Source of the DNA: Nemertoderma westbladi
Taxonomy: Eukaryota > Animalia > Xenacoelomorpha
Length of the DNA stretch: 64,000 nucleotides
Assembly (NCBI GenBank): GCA_032718475.1
Contig: JAUCBJ010000071.1
Span: 1-64,000, forward strand
Direction of reading: 5' to 3'
The translations under genes and the position numbers were made by a program. Positions 11,448 through 23,168 of this stretch are shown one piece after another. The notes below the pieces were generated by a model. That model worked only from the letters and a program-made list of their open reading frames with translations, did not search any database and was not told the origin of the DNA. Numbering within the stretch: the first letter of the stretch is position 1; each line of letters opens with the position of its first letter.

Positions 11448-12818
11448 CTAAAACTCCCTATCACCCATGACATTTGCTAGATCATCCGCATCTTTAAGGC
11501 CAGTGTCCTTTAAGATGCGTCTCAAGAAAGTCATGGGCTGTCCACCATGCTTATTCACTCCATGAGGCTGCCAAAGTACAAGATTATGCACTGGCTGGTC
11601 CTTACGGCGAAAGCAATGTCCTGCAAAGCGGAGGCGGTTTTGTTCTAGTGTCAAGCTTGGGGGAACCAATGAGACACCTCCAATGTTATATAGTGTCTGG
11701 TTGGAGATGTGTGCATTGTACTGTACAATGAACCCGGCGTAGCATTCTTGTGAATGTGCCATCCAGAGATTTGGTGTCCTCAGCAGTTAGAGCCCAGCAT
11801 GGACTCCCGTAGAGGAGTACTGGAACTACTGCTGCTCTAAATAATCGGACCTTAAGTTTCCGATTAATTCTCGGTGACTTCCAAATCCTGGAAAGCCTAT
11901 TCAAGGCTGCCCATGCCTTTCCCTTACGTATTCGAAGGTCCTCACCTGACTTCCGGATCCATGATCCCAGGTAACAGAAGTCGTCCACATGCTCAAACAT
12001 ACCATCCTTTGAGCTTATGCTCATCCGATCAGAGACTTGCTGAGGACTTTCAAAGTTAACTGTCAGAATTTTGGTCTTTCTGGAGTTAATAAAAAGACCA
12101 ACACTAGAAGCAGCATGTTCTAATTCGCTGAGGAGCCGTTGGGCTCCCTCTAATGATTCTGAGAGTACTCCTAAGTCATCAGCAAAGTCTAGATCAGTTA
12201 GGTACTTGGCAGGATTTCCTCGACTTCTGGAGCCAGTAGGTGGAGTTATCATCACCCCATCATCATTATAATGATCTAAGGACATGCGTAGAACATAGTC
12301 AACTACAATAATGAACAAGAATGGTGCAAGTGTGTCTCCTTGGAGGACGCCCCATAACACTTCAAATGGTTCTGTGTCACCGTCAACAGTAGACACAAAT
12401 GTTGTCGAACCATCATATACTGATCTGATTGCTGCAATAATTTCATCAGGAATCCCATATAATGAAAGTATGCTGAACATACGTGAGCGAGAGACTGAAT
12501 CAAAGGCCTTGAAGAAGTCAACAAAGATAACAGCCAGATGCCTGTCTTTCTTTTTTGATAACTCTTCAATTATCCTTCTAAGTGCCAAAATGGGCTCCAT
12601 GGTCCCACGACCTTTACGGAACCCATTCTGATTTCCACGGAGCAGTCTCTCAATGGGATCCCTGATGCGATTTAATAGAATCCTATTGTATAGCTTTGCA
12701 GCAATCGAGATCAATGAGATTCCCCGAAAAGAACCATAGAGTGTTAGGTTGCCCTTCTTGGGAACTGGCACCAACTTATTTGTTTTCATTTCTTTTGGGA
12801 CTCTTGTTGTTCGGTACA
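11448..12818 (-). pseudogene. RTE-like LINE reverse transcriptase, C-terminal part (frameshifted)
   Basis: VPVPKKG, NQNGFRKGRGT, FVDFFKAFDSV, GVLQGDTLAPFLF, DFADDL, LRFAGHCFR, LVLWQP. Confidence 0.9.
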
Positions 12819-13094
12819 TGCTATGTTGTGAGGTGAGCCGAAAGATAGAACAAGAGTTTATCTGAAGCATGTACACAACATAATAATCAATATAATACAT
12901 ATATAGATGTGATAGGTAAGTCAGCAGTCAGGTGGGCGCCGACTGCATAGATATACCAGATACCGGTATGGTAGGTATCAGTATGCAATAAGAAGAACGG
13001 TACAGCAGTAAGGTATATGCAGTAAGGTAACCGACAGAACAGTATAACATACATATATACTATATGGCTACGAGTAGGTCACGAGTATCTCTCA
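12819..13094 (-). repeat. Gypsy 3' LTR (276 bp, TG...CA)
   Basis: Adjacent polypurine tract GAAAGGGGGAGA on the minus strand; the first 111 bp are identical to 22312-22422. Confidence 0.9.
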
Positions 13095-13132
13095 TCTCCC
13101 CCTTTCAGTTTTAGTGAGTCTGGGAATATATG

Positions 13133-16100
13133 TCAGTACCTCTCACCTCCCCCTTTCAGTCTGGGAGATCGTCGCGGGATGATTTTTGACCTCACCTCGT
13201 CATCGAATGTAATGTTGCGTTTGGGTGGGGACCCACGAGGTGTGTCCGGATTGGACGGTGTGGAAGGAGAGTTGCGTGCTCCGACAAAGCGACGGAGGTA
13301 TCGACGGTTGCGTATGAGTTTGCGCCCATTCGAGAGGAGGATTTCGAAGCGGCGGAACCAGAGTTTTCCCACGATAGTGCCAGTGCGGTCCCACAGGCGT
13401 GTCCGTTGACTTTGTAGACGGACCGTCTCACCGAGAGTAAGCGGTGGGAGGGGATGTGCGGATAGGTTATAACGATCAGCCATGTCCTGTTTAAGGATAC
13501 CAGCTCGAATAACAGAATCGGTGGTCGGCTTTGTGGCAAAGGAAGCAGGGTGTACTGGCACGCGGGATCGCATTGAACGTCCATAGAGTAACTGCGCAGG
13601 GGACAAACCAGTGGCAGATGGGGTGTTTCGCCACTCAAGGATGGCCTCAGCAAATGCGCGTTGATCAAGATGTTTATTAGCGGTTTGACACTTTTTTACG
13701 AGGGCCTTCATGGCATGAACCGCAGATTCGGCATGGCCATTGGATTGTGGATATTCAGGCGAGGAGATGCGGTGTGTCACCGACCAGTCGTGGAGGAAGT
13801 TGCGGAACTCCTCTGACGTGAACTGGGGCCCTCCATCTGTAGATAGTTCGACCGGGGCACCATAGTCCCGGAAGTATTGGGTAAATGAGTCAATAAGGTG
13901 GCGTGTAGAGGGGCATGTGCGGTATGCCTCAACTATGGGCCAACCAGTGTGTCAATCAGCATATACAAGGTAATATTGATATGCGTAGGAGTACAGATCA
14001 GCGGAACATTGCTCAAATGGTCGATTTGGAAGCGGGGTTGAAATTAAGTCCTCATGTGGTTGACTACGTTGGTATAGTTGACACGAATCACATGACTCGA
14101 CAGTGTTTTTGATGTCGGAATTCATGCCGGGCCAGTAGAACGCCTGGCGCGCGCGACGCTTGGTACGAACAATGCCTTGATGCGAGGCATGTAACCGCTT
14201 AAGGATTTCACGACGAATGGAACTCGGGATAATGATCCTGGCTCCATATAGAATGAGGTCGCCGTCGATTGACAGTTCCGGTAGTATACTTTTATATTGA
14301 TGGACTGACTGTTTCGGTATGTCGTCAGTGTCTTTACCATTGGCAAGGTAATGGTACAGATCCTGGTAGGGGATGTCTGTTTTAGCAGCGTTGATGATGA
14401 TGTCGAGAGCAGGGTCATGACTGGGATGTCTGTCGGCGACTGATTCATCATCTATAGCACTGACTCGTTGGATGACGGCTGTGTGGTGGTCATCTTGGAA
14501 TAATACTTCATCACTGGGTTGCGGGTCGGAGGTAGGAGCTCGTGAGAGAGCGTCGGCTGAGTGATTGTCCTTCCCTGGGACCCATTTAGCTGTAAACGTA
14601 TATGGGGCAAGTTTCTCGCGGAGGCGTTGGAGACGGGGGTTCTCAATGAGGTCGAGGGTGAACCTGTTGAGGATAGGAATTAATGGTTTGTGGTCAACTT
14701 CGATGTCAAAGTGTGCGAGGCCTTGGAGATATAACTTGCACTTTGATGCAGCCCATACGACAGCAAGTAATTCAAGCTCACACATAGCGTAGCGCGATTC
14801 GGTATTAGTTGTGAAACGAGAGCCACATTGAATGAGACGCCAGCTCGGAGGTGAGTTGAGATCAGCGTTGTGATTTTGCAGCAACACATATCCTAAGCCT
14901 TGGAGACGAGACGCGTCAGTGCGAAGGACGGTGGGCAACGCAGGGTTAAAAGGTTGAAGCACTGGTGGGGAGACCAAAGCAGCTTTAATGGCATTAAAGG
15001 CAGTGGTGTGCACGTCTAACCAGAGAAATGAGTTGCGAGTTTGCAGCAGCGGTCGTAAGGGAGCGGCAACGGCGGCAATTTCATTGGAGAACTCGCCGAG
15101 TTGGTTAACTAAACCAAAAAATGAGCGGAGCTCACGGATGTTCGTTGGGATGGGGAATTCCGAGATGGCTGATACCCGGCTGGGATCAGCTTCGACACCA
15201 GTATGGCCAACAATATAGCCAGCAAACTCAACACTTGGCTGCGCAAAAACGATTTTGTCAGGGTTTAGAGTTATTGAAGCGTTACGACATCGGGTTAAAA
15301 GTTCCGAAACAATAGTGACGTGTTCGTCAAACGTTGTTGTATAAACGATGATGTCGTCTACAATTTTTCTACTATTTGTTAGGCACTCGAGTGCAGCATC
15401 ACCTCGACGGCAATATTCATCCCCGGAGCATGATAGACCCATCGGTGCGCGAAGATACATATAGCGTCCATATGGGGTCAGGAATGTAGTGAGAGGTTGG
15501 CTGTCCTCGTCAAGAGGTATTTGCCAGTACCCATGGGTCACATCGAATTTGGAAAAGTAGCGCATTCCATGGGGAATTGAGAATACTACATCGCGGGGTG
15601 ATGGAAAGGGATGAACTGGTCGGTGTATATGAATATTCAACCGTGTATGGTCGACGCACATACGTAATTTACCGTTCTTTTTCGTTGTCACGACCAGGGG
15701 ACTAACAAACTCAGTTGGGTAGTCCACTTTTGAAATAACTCCCTTTAATTCCATCTGATTGAGGTTTTCTTTGATTTCCTCGCGGTAAGCAAATGGTATG
15801 GGGCGAGCGGCGTGGACTGCGTACGCCTCGTATCCCTTTTTCATGTAGATATGCATAGGGTCACCAGACATGGTGGGCAGTTCGACATTAGGTGAACTCC
15901 CGGCAAACACGTCATTGAATTCGCAAACAAGCTGTTGGTGGGTGTTTTCGATAGTTTTTATAGGTGTGTCGTCCGTGATTGGCGGTGGGGTTGACACAGT
16001 AAGCAGGTTCCCTCGTTGAGCGGTTATATAGCCGGGAATTGGAAATTCTGGGGCTAATAGTCCGTGCTGTTTACATACAATGTATGACATTAGAAACCCA

Positions 16101-16735
16101 TCGAAATCGGAGGTAACATATGCAACGGTGGGTATACAACGTTCATAGTAAATTATATTAATTGAAATGGAACCAAGACATTCCATTTGTGTTTTATTTG
16201 CAGCTAACAGCGGTATGACGTCAATGGGGTTGATATACTGGGTTAAACCATGGGTTTCGACAATAGAATTCGAAATTATGGTGTCATCCGCCCCAGTATC
16301 AACTACTGATGAATTTATGAAAAAGGTTGCATCATGGCAGGAGACAGAGACGCGTATCCTAGGTGGTTTCGATGAAACAGCATAAATGAATGCATTATTG
16401 TTGTTTATGTTTCCATCCTCGAGATCGGTTGCAATATAGCTATTATGGGAGGCTTTATTTGGATGCGACCGAGGGACAGGTTTAGGAGTCGTGGAGGTCG
16501 AGGTAGCGGACTGTTTCTTACCGCAAACAGGAGCTATATGACCTTGTATACCACAAGCGTGACAGGTACTGGATCGATGCGGGCACTGACTCCGTTCGTG
16601 GGCTGAGTAACACTTTTGACAAGATTTTCGCCGTTCATAAGGTTGCTGGTTGGAGCGGGGGGCGGAGGGACTCCACTCCGTCTTTGTTTGTGGCATGGGC
16701 CTCGGTACCGTGGGTTGGAGGTTGATCGACCGCGG
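13133..16735 (-). pseudogene. Gypsy gag C-terminus and pol (CCHC, protease, RT, RNase H, integrase)
   Basis: CHACGIQGHIAPVC, VDTGA, IVDD (RT), TDAS and DHKPL (RNase H), HQG..C..C, SNGHAES (integrase); stop at about 13952. Confidence 0.92.
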
Positions 16736-19700
16736 TGTTAGAATTAGAACTCATTTTAAACATTAAACTTATTGCTGTATTTTAATAACTAAACTTTACT
16801 GCTATCAGCACGTGCGCAATGCAATACATATTCACCAGTCACCAACCTAACTAACTCACAACAATACAGTAGGCACAAACTAACACAAGCATAATACTGC
16901 AGTACTCACAATCTCCCCTCATTTTTTTAAATTAAAGTTTGTTGTAATAATTGTTGCATAAAATCATAGTTTGTATAAAATCAGTTACATATAGTTTTCT
17001 TTGATCTCGAACTTCTTTCTCACATCCTTCTTTGTTAAACAATCAGCCAATTGGTTAGTTCCTGCAACCAATTTAAATGACACGCGACCAAGTTCGAATA
17101 GTTCTCTTAGTATTCCCATTTCGATCATTAAACGCTTATCACGGAGTACATTAGTGGTTTGAATTGCGGTATGTAATGATTTGTTGTTGGTGTAACAAAT
17201 TATCGGTATAGAAACATCAATAATGTTTTCAATAATTTTCGATAAGAAAATTGCCTCCTCAACACCGTCTACACATGCCAAGGTTTCTGCAGCTAATGTA
17301 GATTTAACAACCCGTCGAACTTTAGCAGATTTCCATGTCAATAAACCATTCAACTGAACCTCTCCAAATGGATATGATGATTGGGTGGAACAGTTGCTTG
17401 TTTCTTGACCATTGTTTACTGTAGCTAAAAATATCATATATCCACCTTGAGAAGAGAAACCAACTGCATTACCAAGTGAAGCATCTGTAAATACTGCTAA
17501 TGCTGCACTTGAAGGTTTAAAGTAGGTAGTATCAAATTGCAGACCAGCAGCTAATGATTGTTTGGCTTTACGAATTACCTTATTGAGGTACTTAGCATCA
17601 CCAACTATAGGATGCTTTGCCTGTGAACTTAGATAAGAAGCATCAAAACTTAAATCAGGGCGACTTTGATTGGCAAGCCATGATATAGCTCCTACTCGTG
17701 TTCGATAATCAGAGATTTCATTGGATGTTAATGGTCTATCAACTTCAGCATATTGCGAGATTGGAAGTTCTGTTAGAAGCTGAGCGTATCGAAATTGACT
17801 AATTTCAATTTCATGATCGGTTTGTTTTACATCAATACCAAGATATTTAAAAGCCAGTGCTGCTGTTGAACGAATTTCAAATATACTACATATTTTCGCA
17901 ACAATATTGTTCTTGAAGTATGAGTTACCTCCCCACAGGATATCATCAACATGAATGCATAACAACCCCTGAATTTCTCCATCTTTCTTATAATAAAACA
18001 AAGCTGGATCCTCGGGACAAGCAGTCAATCCTAAATTCGTTAAGGTCCCCCGAAGTTTCATATACCATGCTCGTGGGGCATCATTTAGACCATACACAGT
18101 TTTCATTAACTGCCAAACTCCATCTACCATAGCCTCTGGTGGTGGCTTCACGAATATTTCACGATCGATGGTGAAACCCTGTAAGAAAGCACACTTAATG
18201 TCGAGACTATTTATTGTCCAACCGTATGATGAAATCAGAAACAACACGAGACGAATATTATCTTTATTACATGTAGGCGAATCTGTTCGACCACCAAACT
18301 GTTCTTCAAATCCCCGAACTACAAGGCGGGCTTTGACAACATCATTGCCATTAACAACTTTCTCTGTAATGACCCAGCGTGTAGACACAAGAGACTGACC
18401 AGAATATGGAACAACTTTCACAACACCTTGTTCCTTCCATGTACTTAACTCCTTTTCTTTAGCATCTTTCAATCCTGAAGTTACCGTAATCATTACCTCT
18501 TCATCATCAGGAACAATTTCATAATCCGAAACTTCATCTAGATTCACCCAAGATTTACCACTAGGCAATTCAATATTCCAACAGTTCCTATATTTACCGC
18601 TTGCCTTACCAGCTCGACTTAATATTCTTCCACAAATAACATTATCAGAATCGGTGTATTTAATACGTTGCCCAGCTTTAACATTACTATTTGCAACAAT
18701 AGACACCCATGGTTGTTTTCCACTTTCGGTTTCATTTGAACTATTATTAGTAGGCAACGTCATGTCATTATGATCATTGGCATTGCCGATATCATTGTCA
18801 TCATCATCACTATCATCAACAGATCTTCGCACAACATCACCATTATTAGAGTTTCGGACAATGCTTCCATCGCCATTATTTTTAACAACACTGTCATGTA
18901 CATCATTTGTCAATCGTTCATTTGAATTATTGACTAAGCAAATTCGAGTTTTATGTACTCGAACTATAAACCCACCATGTCTCACATAAACACTTTGACC
19001 CTCAGAACCTATCACAACTCCAGGTCCCTTCCATTCTTTGTGACCTTCTCGCTTGTAAAATACACGATCCCCATTTTCACACTGAAACTCGACCGCTCTA
19101 ACATTATGCTTAAGTGCACGGCGCAATCTACTACTAGACTCATTTGCAATAAATTGTCTACGGGCCACATGCATCGCATTTAGGTTGTCTGCCACTACCT
19201 CACTCGTTGTCTTACCCTCCAAAGCAGCTAGAGAACTATTCTCTAAAATTGGAATTTTTGGATTGAGTCCAATAGCAACCTGGCTCGGTGAGAAACCATG
19301 CACATTAGTCAAACTGTTTCGTGCAACAACAGCCCAAGCAACAGCAATATTGAGATTTACATGACAATCTTGCATTATTTTAAGTACATCATCACCCAAT
19401 ACTGCATTCTGACGTTCACAGACTCCATTACTGAAAGGGGATTCTGCCGCAGTTGGTAATATCTCAATATTACAGTTATCAGCCATACTAACAAATTCGT
19501 CATTATAAAATTCTCCACCGTTGTCAGCCAAGACTTTATTTGGAACACCAAAATTTGAAATCCATCCAGTAAACATCCCTTGAATAACAGATTCAGGCTT
19601 TTTATTTGATAAAACTGCAGCTGCACGGTAACGTGTTGCTAAATCCACCATATGTAAAATAGGATGACCAGTTATAAATTTTAGATCAATAGCTAATCCT

Positions 19701-21226
19701 TCATTGAATGTTGTTGCTAATGGTTGACAAACAACTGGACGAGGTGGTGCTCTACGGATTCGCTTACAAACTTCGCAATTATCTCTCACACAATGTAAGG
19801 CTTGTTCTAATTCCGAACTCCAACACTCAGCACGCTTGAGTAAAGTGATAATACGTTTTGTGTCTGCATGTGCAAACTGTCTATGCAGCTTCAATGCAAT
19901 ATGTTTAACATCAGAATTCACATTTGATATTTGTTCGAGAAAATATGCCACATTTGAAGAACAATTAGGTGCAATATGTATACAAAAATGCCCTGCTCTA
20001 TTCCGAACTGGAGTGATTTCCTTACCCAACATGGTGATTGTTCCCTTTTCAAAATTCATATGTGTGCGAGCCTTTTGCATTGACTGTTTGCTTAATAACA
20101 AAGGAATATCACAATTCACGACTTCTGTAGAAATGAATATATTTTCATTTGCAATACATGCTGGAATTTTTACATTTTTTATCGAAGCTACTGATTCTCC
20201 AGAACCAAATCGAAATCGTACTGAAGAATCCTTTTCAACAATGCGTTCTCTCTGCTCAGATGTTAGACTATCCAAGTAGCAGCTGTACCAAGTTGTACCA
20301 CACACAGTACGACTGCAACCAGAATCCAATATCGCAAATCCCAATTCCTCAGCTACAAAATCTTCTTTATCCTCCCCAGTAAACAAAGTAATGTGAACCT
20401 CCTCGTGCTCGTACTCACCATCATCTACCTCTGTATTATAAACCCGTGTAACTTCTGGACAATCTCTCCTTAAATGAAACCTTGAACCGCACACAAAACA
20501 ACCAGGATCAAAGTTTCCATTCCCTGAAAGACGATTTGTTGACGAAGTTGTGTTATTACTACCACCAAACTGCCGTCCAGGAACATTCCACTGCCGAAAT
20601 GAACCAGCTACTCCCCCACCACGCATCTGACTGTTGGTATTAAACTGACCAGTTGGACGGCCAAATCTATTACGTGGAATTCCCCCAAGTGCTCCGCGAA
20701 AATATCCGGACCCACCACCACCGTACTGCTGGCTAAATCCTCCTCGACGATATCCCGATTGCCCATAAAAAACTTCCGACATATCCGAGTGTTCATCGCC
20801 ACCAACCGCTTCATTAACTTCTTCGAGTTTAATAATAGAGTCACCAACTTCCACCGGCGTTTTTGTTCGTTGATTCGCCAAACGCTTTAAAGTTTCACGC
20901 ATCGCATCGTAGGTGAACCTATTTACCGTAGCCCTCACGAGTTGTTCCATTGGTTTCTCGAGATTACAACCCTTCAAAAGGCGATACGCCAGAACACCCT
21001 GTGGTAAGTGCATGTTATGTCCTCGAACTTTCGCATACAGATTGTCAAACTGAATCAAATAGTCATCCAGTTTATCATTCGGTTTACGCAAATAGCTCTC
21101 AAAATTCTCGTAGGCTTCGAACGCCCTTTCATCCTCACTTTTTAAATACAACTTGTCCAACAGTTCGAGAACTTCTTGAAAACCAGTAACTGATGTTAAT
21201 ATATCTTGCTCGATCTCCATTGCTGC
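16736..21226 (-). mobile_element. Ty1/Copia LTR retrotransposon, GalEa-like, lacking its 5' LTR
   Basis: Domain order gag-PR-INT-RT-RH; 3' LTR 16736-16910 (TG...CA) with PPT GAGGGGAGAT; the ORF abuts Gypsy gag near 21225. Confidence 0.9.
16985..21226 (-). CDS. Copia gag-pol polyprotein (open frame, N-terminally truncated)
   Basis: CFVCGSRFHLRRDC, ILDSGCSRTVCG, LHRQFAH..CEVC, DNGGEF, KARLVVRGF, YGLNDAPRAWY, HVDD, QLADCLTK. The ORF track's first ~40 aa are Gypsy DNA read out of frame. Confidence 0.9.
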   Translation of the reverse strand, partial: AAMEIEQDILTSVTGFQEVLELLDKLYLKSEDERAFEAYENFESYLRKPNDKLDDYLIQFDNLYAKVRGHNMHLPQGVLAYRLLKGCNLEKPMEQLVRATVNRFTYDAMRETLKRLANQRTKTPVEVGDSIIKLEEVNEAVGGDEHSDMSEVFYGQSGYRRGGFSQQYGGGGSGYFRGALGGIPRNRFGRPTGQFNTNSQMRGGGVAGSFRQWNVPGRQFGGSNNTTSSTNRLSGNGNFDPGCFVCGSRFHLRRDCPEVTRVYNTEVDDGEYEHEEVHITLFTGEDKEDFVAEELGFAILDSGCSRTVCGTTWYSCYLDSLTSEQRERIVEKDSSVRFRFGSGESVASIKNVKIPACIANENIFISTEVVNCDIPLLLSKQSMQKARTHMNFEKGTITMLGKEITPVRNRAGHFCIHIAPNCSSNVAYFLEQISNVNSDVKHIALKLHRQFAHADTKRIITLLKRAECWSSELEQALHCVRDNCEVCKRIRRAPPRPVVCQPLATTFNEGLAIDLKFITGHPILHMVDLATRYRAAAVLSNKKPESVIQGMFTGWISNFGVPNKVLADNGGEFYNDEFVSMADNCNIEILPTAAESPFSNGVCERQNAVLGDDVLKIMQDCHVNLNIAVAWAVVARNSLTNVHGFSPSQVAIGLNPKIPILENSSLAALEGKTTSEVVADNLNAMHVARRQFIANESSSRLRRALKHNVRAVEFQCENGDRVFYKREGHKEWKGPGVVIGSEGQSVYVRHGGFIVRVHKTRICLVNNSNERLTNDVHDSVVKNNGDGSIVRNSNNGDVVRRSVDDSDDDDNDIGNANDHNDMTLPTNNSSNETESGKQPWVSIVANSNVKAGQRIKYTDSDNVICGRILSRAGKASGKYRNCWNIELPSGKSWVNLDEVSDYEIVPDDEEVMITVTSGLKDAKEKELSTWKEQGVVKVVPYSGQSLVSTRWVITEKVVNGNDVVKARLVVRGFEEQFGGRTDSPTCNKDNIRLVLFLISSYGWTINSLDIKCAFLQGFTIDREIFVKPPPEAMVDGVWQLMKTVYGLNDAPRAWYMKLRGTLTNLGLTACPEDPALFYYKKDGEIQGLLCIHVDDILWGGNSYFKNNIVAKICSIFEIRSTAALAFKYLGIDVKQTDHEIEISQFRYAQLLTELPISQYAEVDRPLTSNEISDYRTRVGAISWLANQSRPDLSFDASYLSSQAKHPIVGDAKYLNKVIRKAKQSLAAGLQFDTTYFKPSSAALAVFTDASLGNAVGFSSQGGYMIFLATVNNGQETSNCSTQSSYPFGEVQLNGLLTWKSAKVRRVVKSTLAAETLACVDGVEEAIFLSKIIENIIDVSIPIICYTNNKSLHTAIQTTNVLRDKRLMIEMGILRELFELGRVSFKLVAGTNQLADCLTKKDVRKKFEIKENYM

Positions 21227-22193
21227 AAATTTCGGAGACTGCACCAGTAGCATCGCGGCGTGATTGTTCCCAGGCTCGACAAACCTTAAGAACATCGTCC
21301 AGGGTGGGGTCATCGTACTGGTCGAATATTTTCTCCCTGAGTTCGTCATCATTGATGCCGGAAATAATTTGGGTCATAAGTTGCTGTTCCGAGCAATGGT
21401 TACAGGGTTCGGAATTACTCTGTAAGTCGGACAAGCGGACATAGTAGTCATCAAAGGATTCGCCCTGAGACTGTTTAGTGCGGGTAAACTCCACACGGCG
21501 GCACACAACGTTGGTTTTGCGACGATAATGAGCAAGGAGTTGGTCGAGAATTTCGTTGACCGTCATGGTGTCGGTGACGTGCATGATGACTCACATCGCA
21601 TCCTGAGTTTTACGGGAGATGCAGCCATAAAGGTGAACAACCTGGGCTGCGAGGTCGAGAGAGAGGATGTCGTTAACGTTATAAAAGCGTTCGAACTGTT
21701 CTCGCCAGGTTTTGAACTGCGCTAGGGTATAGTCGTTTGTTAATGGTTCGGGTTTGTAAGAGGAATCCACGCGGCGGGATGTCCTGTGGTCGCCAGCGGC
21801 AGCGGGCGCGGGGCCATGGCCGGGGGCTATGGCAGCGCAGCGCGGGCCCTGGGTACCAGGAACCGGTACAGCTGGGCGTTGTTGATCCGTGAGGAACTGG
21901 AAGAAGGCGTTTTGCTGGTCGCGTGCAGCGGCCTGCTGTTCGCGGATGAAACCCATTAACACAGCGACGGAATCACCTTCCACGGTTCGGTAAACTTCCT
22001 CCACGCCAGGGTTGGAGGTGATGTCGGACACGGTATGTTCGCGGACAAATTTCATAATTATGCAACGCATAGAATCTGTGTTCGTCTTGGCGTCGACGCT
22101 GATGCTGAACTGTGTGGCCCACTCCCGGAGTTGATCCCGTGGGGCATCAGCAACGTCAGTCAAAGATGGTAAATCTTCCAAGTTGGATGCCAT
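21227..22193 (-). pseudogene. Gypsy gag N-terminal/capsid part
   Basis: FKTWREQF, RRVEFTRTKQSQGESFDDYYVRL, IISGINDDELREKI; in-frame TGA at 21591-21593. Confidence 0.85.
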
Positions 22194-22311
22194 AACAGAT
22201 ACGGTGATACAGAAAATCTGTACGGTATGGTATTGCAGTATTGAGAACGGTATTGCAAAGTTCAGAAGTTGGGGTGTATCGCTGAGGTAGCAGACTACAC
22301 AAACTGCACCA

Positions 22312-22422
22312 TGCTATGTTGTGAGGTGAGCCGAAAGATAGAACAAGAGTTTATCTGAAGCATGTACACAACATAATAATCAATATAATACATATATAGA
22401 TGTGATAGGTAAGTCAGCAGTC
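22312..22422 (-). repeat. Truncated Gypsy 5' LTR
   Basis: Identical to 12819-12929; the PBS lies immediately adjacent at 22301-22311. Confidence 0.9.
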
Positions 22423-23102
22423 TACTATGATGGGATAGATGAGCTTTAAACACTCAGGTATTTTAAAGACCTCAGGGGGAACACCATCTACTCCACTGGC
22501 ACGATTGGTCTTAATGCTCTTTGCAGCAGCCTTCACTTCTGCAAAGGAGATATCGCCAATGGGAATATCTGGGAGTACAGACTCAGACACTTTTACTTCT
22601 ATAAAGTTATCAGGCAATACTATGTCATTATTGAGGAGCTTTTCAAAGTGGGCTTTCCAACCATTGAGGCGATCGGCTGGTGATTCAGCCTTAACCTTGG
22701 TGGTTGGTTGGCTTTTCCGCCCAGTAAGCAGATTGATCGATTTCCATGCCTGGGATGATTGCCTGCTGTCGTCAGCATCATTGATGGCATCAACCTGTTG
22801 GTTTATTAGCTCCTGTAGATTAGCAGAGTTCTGCCTGTTCAGGGACCTAGATGCAGCCTTAACTGCATTCTTGGCTGCTGTAGTCTGTTTGAGCCGGGAC
22901 TCTTTCTGCGCCTTATGAAGGTCATTTCGTCACTTCTGAATTTTGTTGTCAGTCCAGGGGGCCCTTTTCCTGTTTCGAGGGTATACAGGAACTGTTTCTG
23001 CAGCTGCTAACTTAACTGCTTCTGTAAAGGCAGTATAGCCCTCACAGTGATCTACCGCCTCAGAGGCAAGAGCCTCATAACTGTTGCTCAGCTGTGGGAA
23101 AC
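22417..23102 (-). pseudogene. RTE-like LINE ORF, upstream (linker) part
   Basis: KRAPWTD, AWKSINLLTG, RASGVDGVPPEVFK, LIYPIIVDC, which continues as YRTTRVPKEMK at 12816. Confidence 0.85.
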
Positions 23103-23168
23103 TCCTTTGGGAAACAGAGTGGAAGGGTTTACTGTGGAAGATCACCCTTGGTGGTGGACAGGTATTCC
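23103..23168. repeat. Terminal monomer of the 63-bp satellite, displaced by the nested insertions
   Basis: TCCTTTGGGAAACAGAGTGGAAGGGTTTACTGTGGAAGATCACCC matches the array unit. Confidence 0.9.

Larger units (their letters stand above)
12819..22422 (-). mobile_element. Ty3/Gypsy LTR retrotransposon (degenerate), with a Copia nested inside
   Basis: Domain order gag-PR-RT-RH-INT; 3' LTR 12819-13094 with PPT; PBS TGGTGCAG next to a truncated 5' LTR at 22312-22422. Confidence 0.92.
10828..23102 (-). mobile_element. 5'-truncated RTE/RTEX-like LINE inserted in the last satellite monomer and interrupted by a Gypsy element
   Basis: (TAG)n tail at 10828-10837; TSD TCCTTTGGGAA at 10817-10827 and 23103-23113; RT motifs on both sides of the Gypsy insertion. 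Confidence 0.85.

Noticed and set aside
12819-12900. N-terminus of the 404-aa RT ORF
   Set aside because: It is read from the Gypsy LTR, not the LINE.
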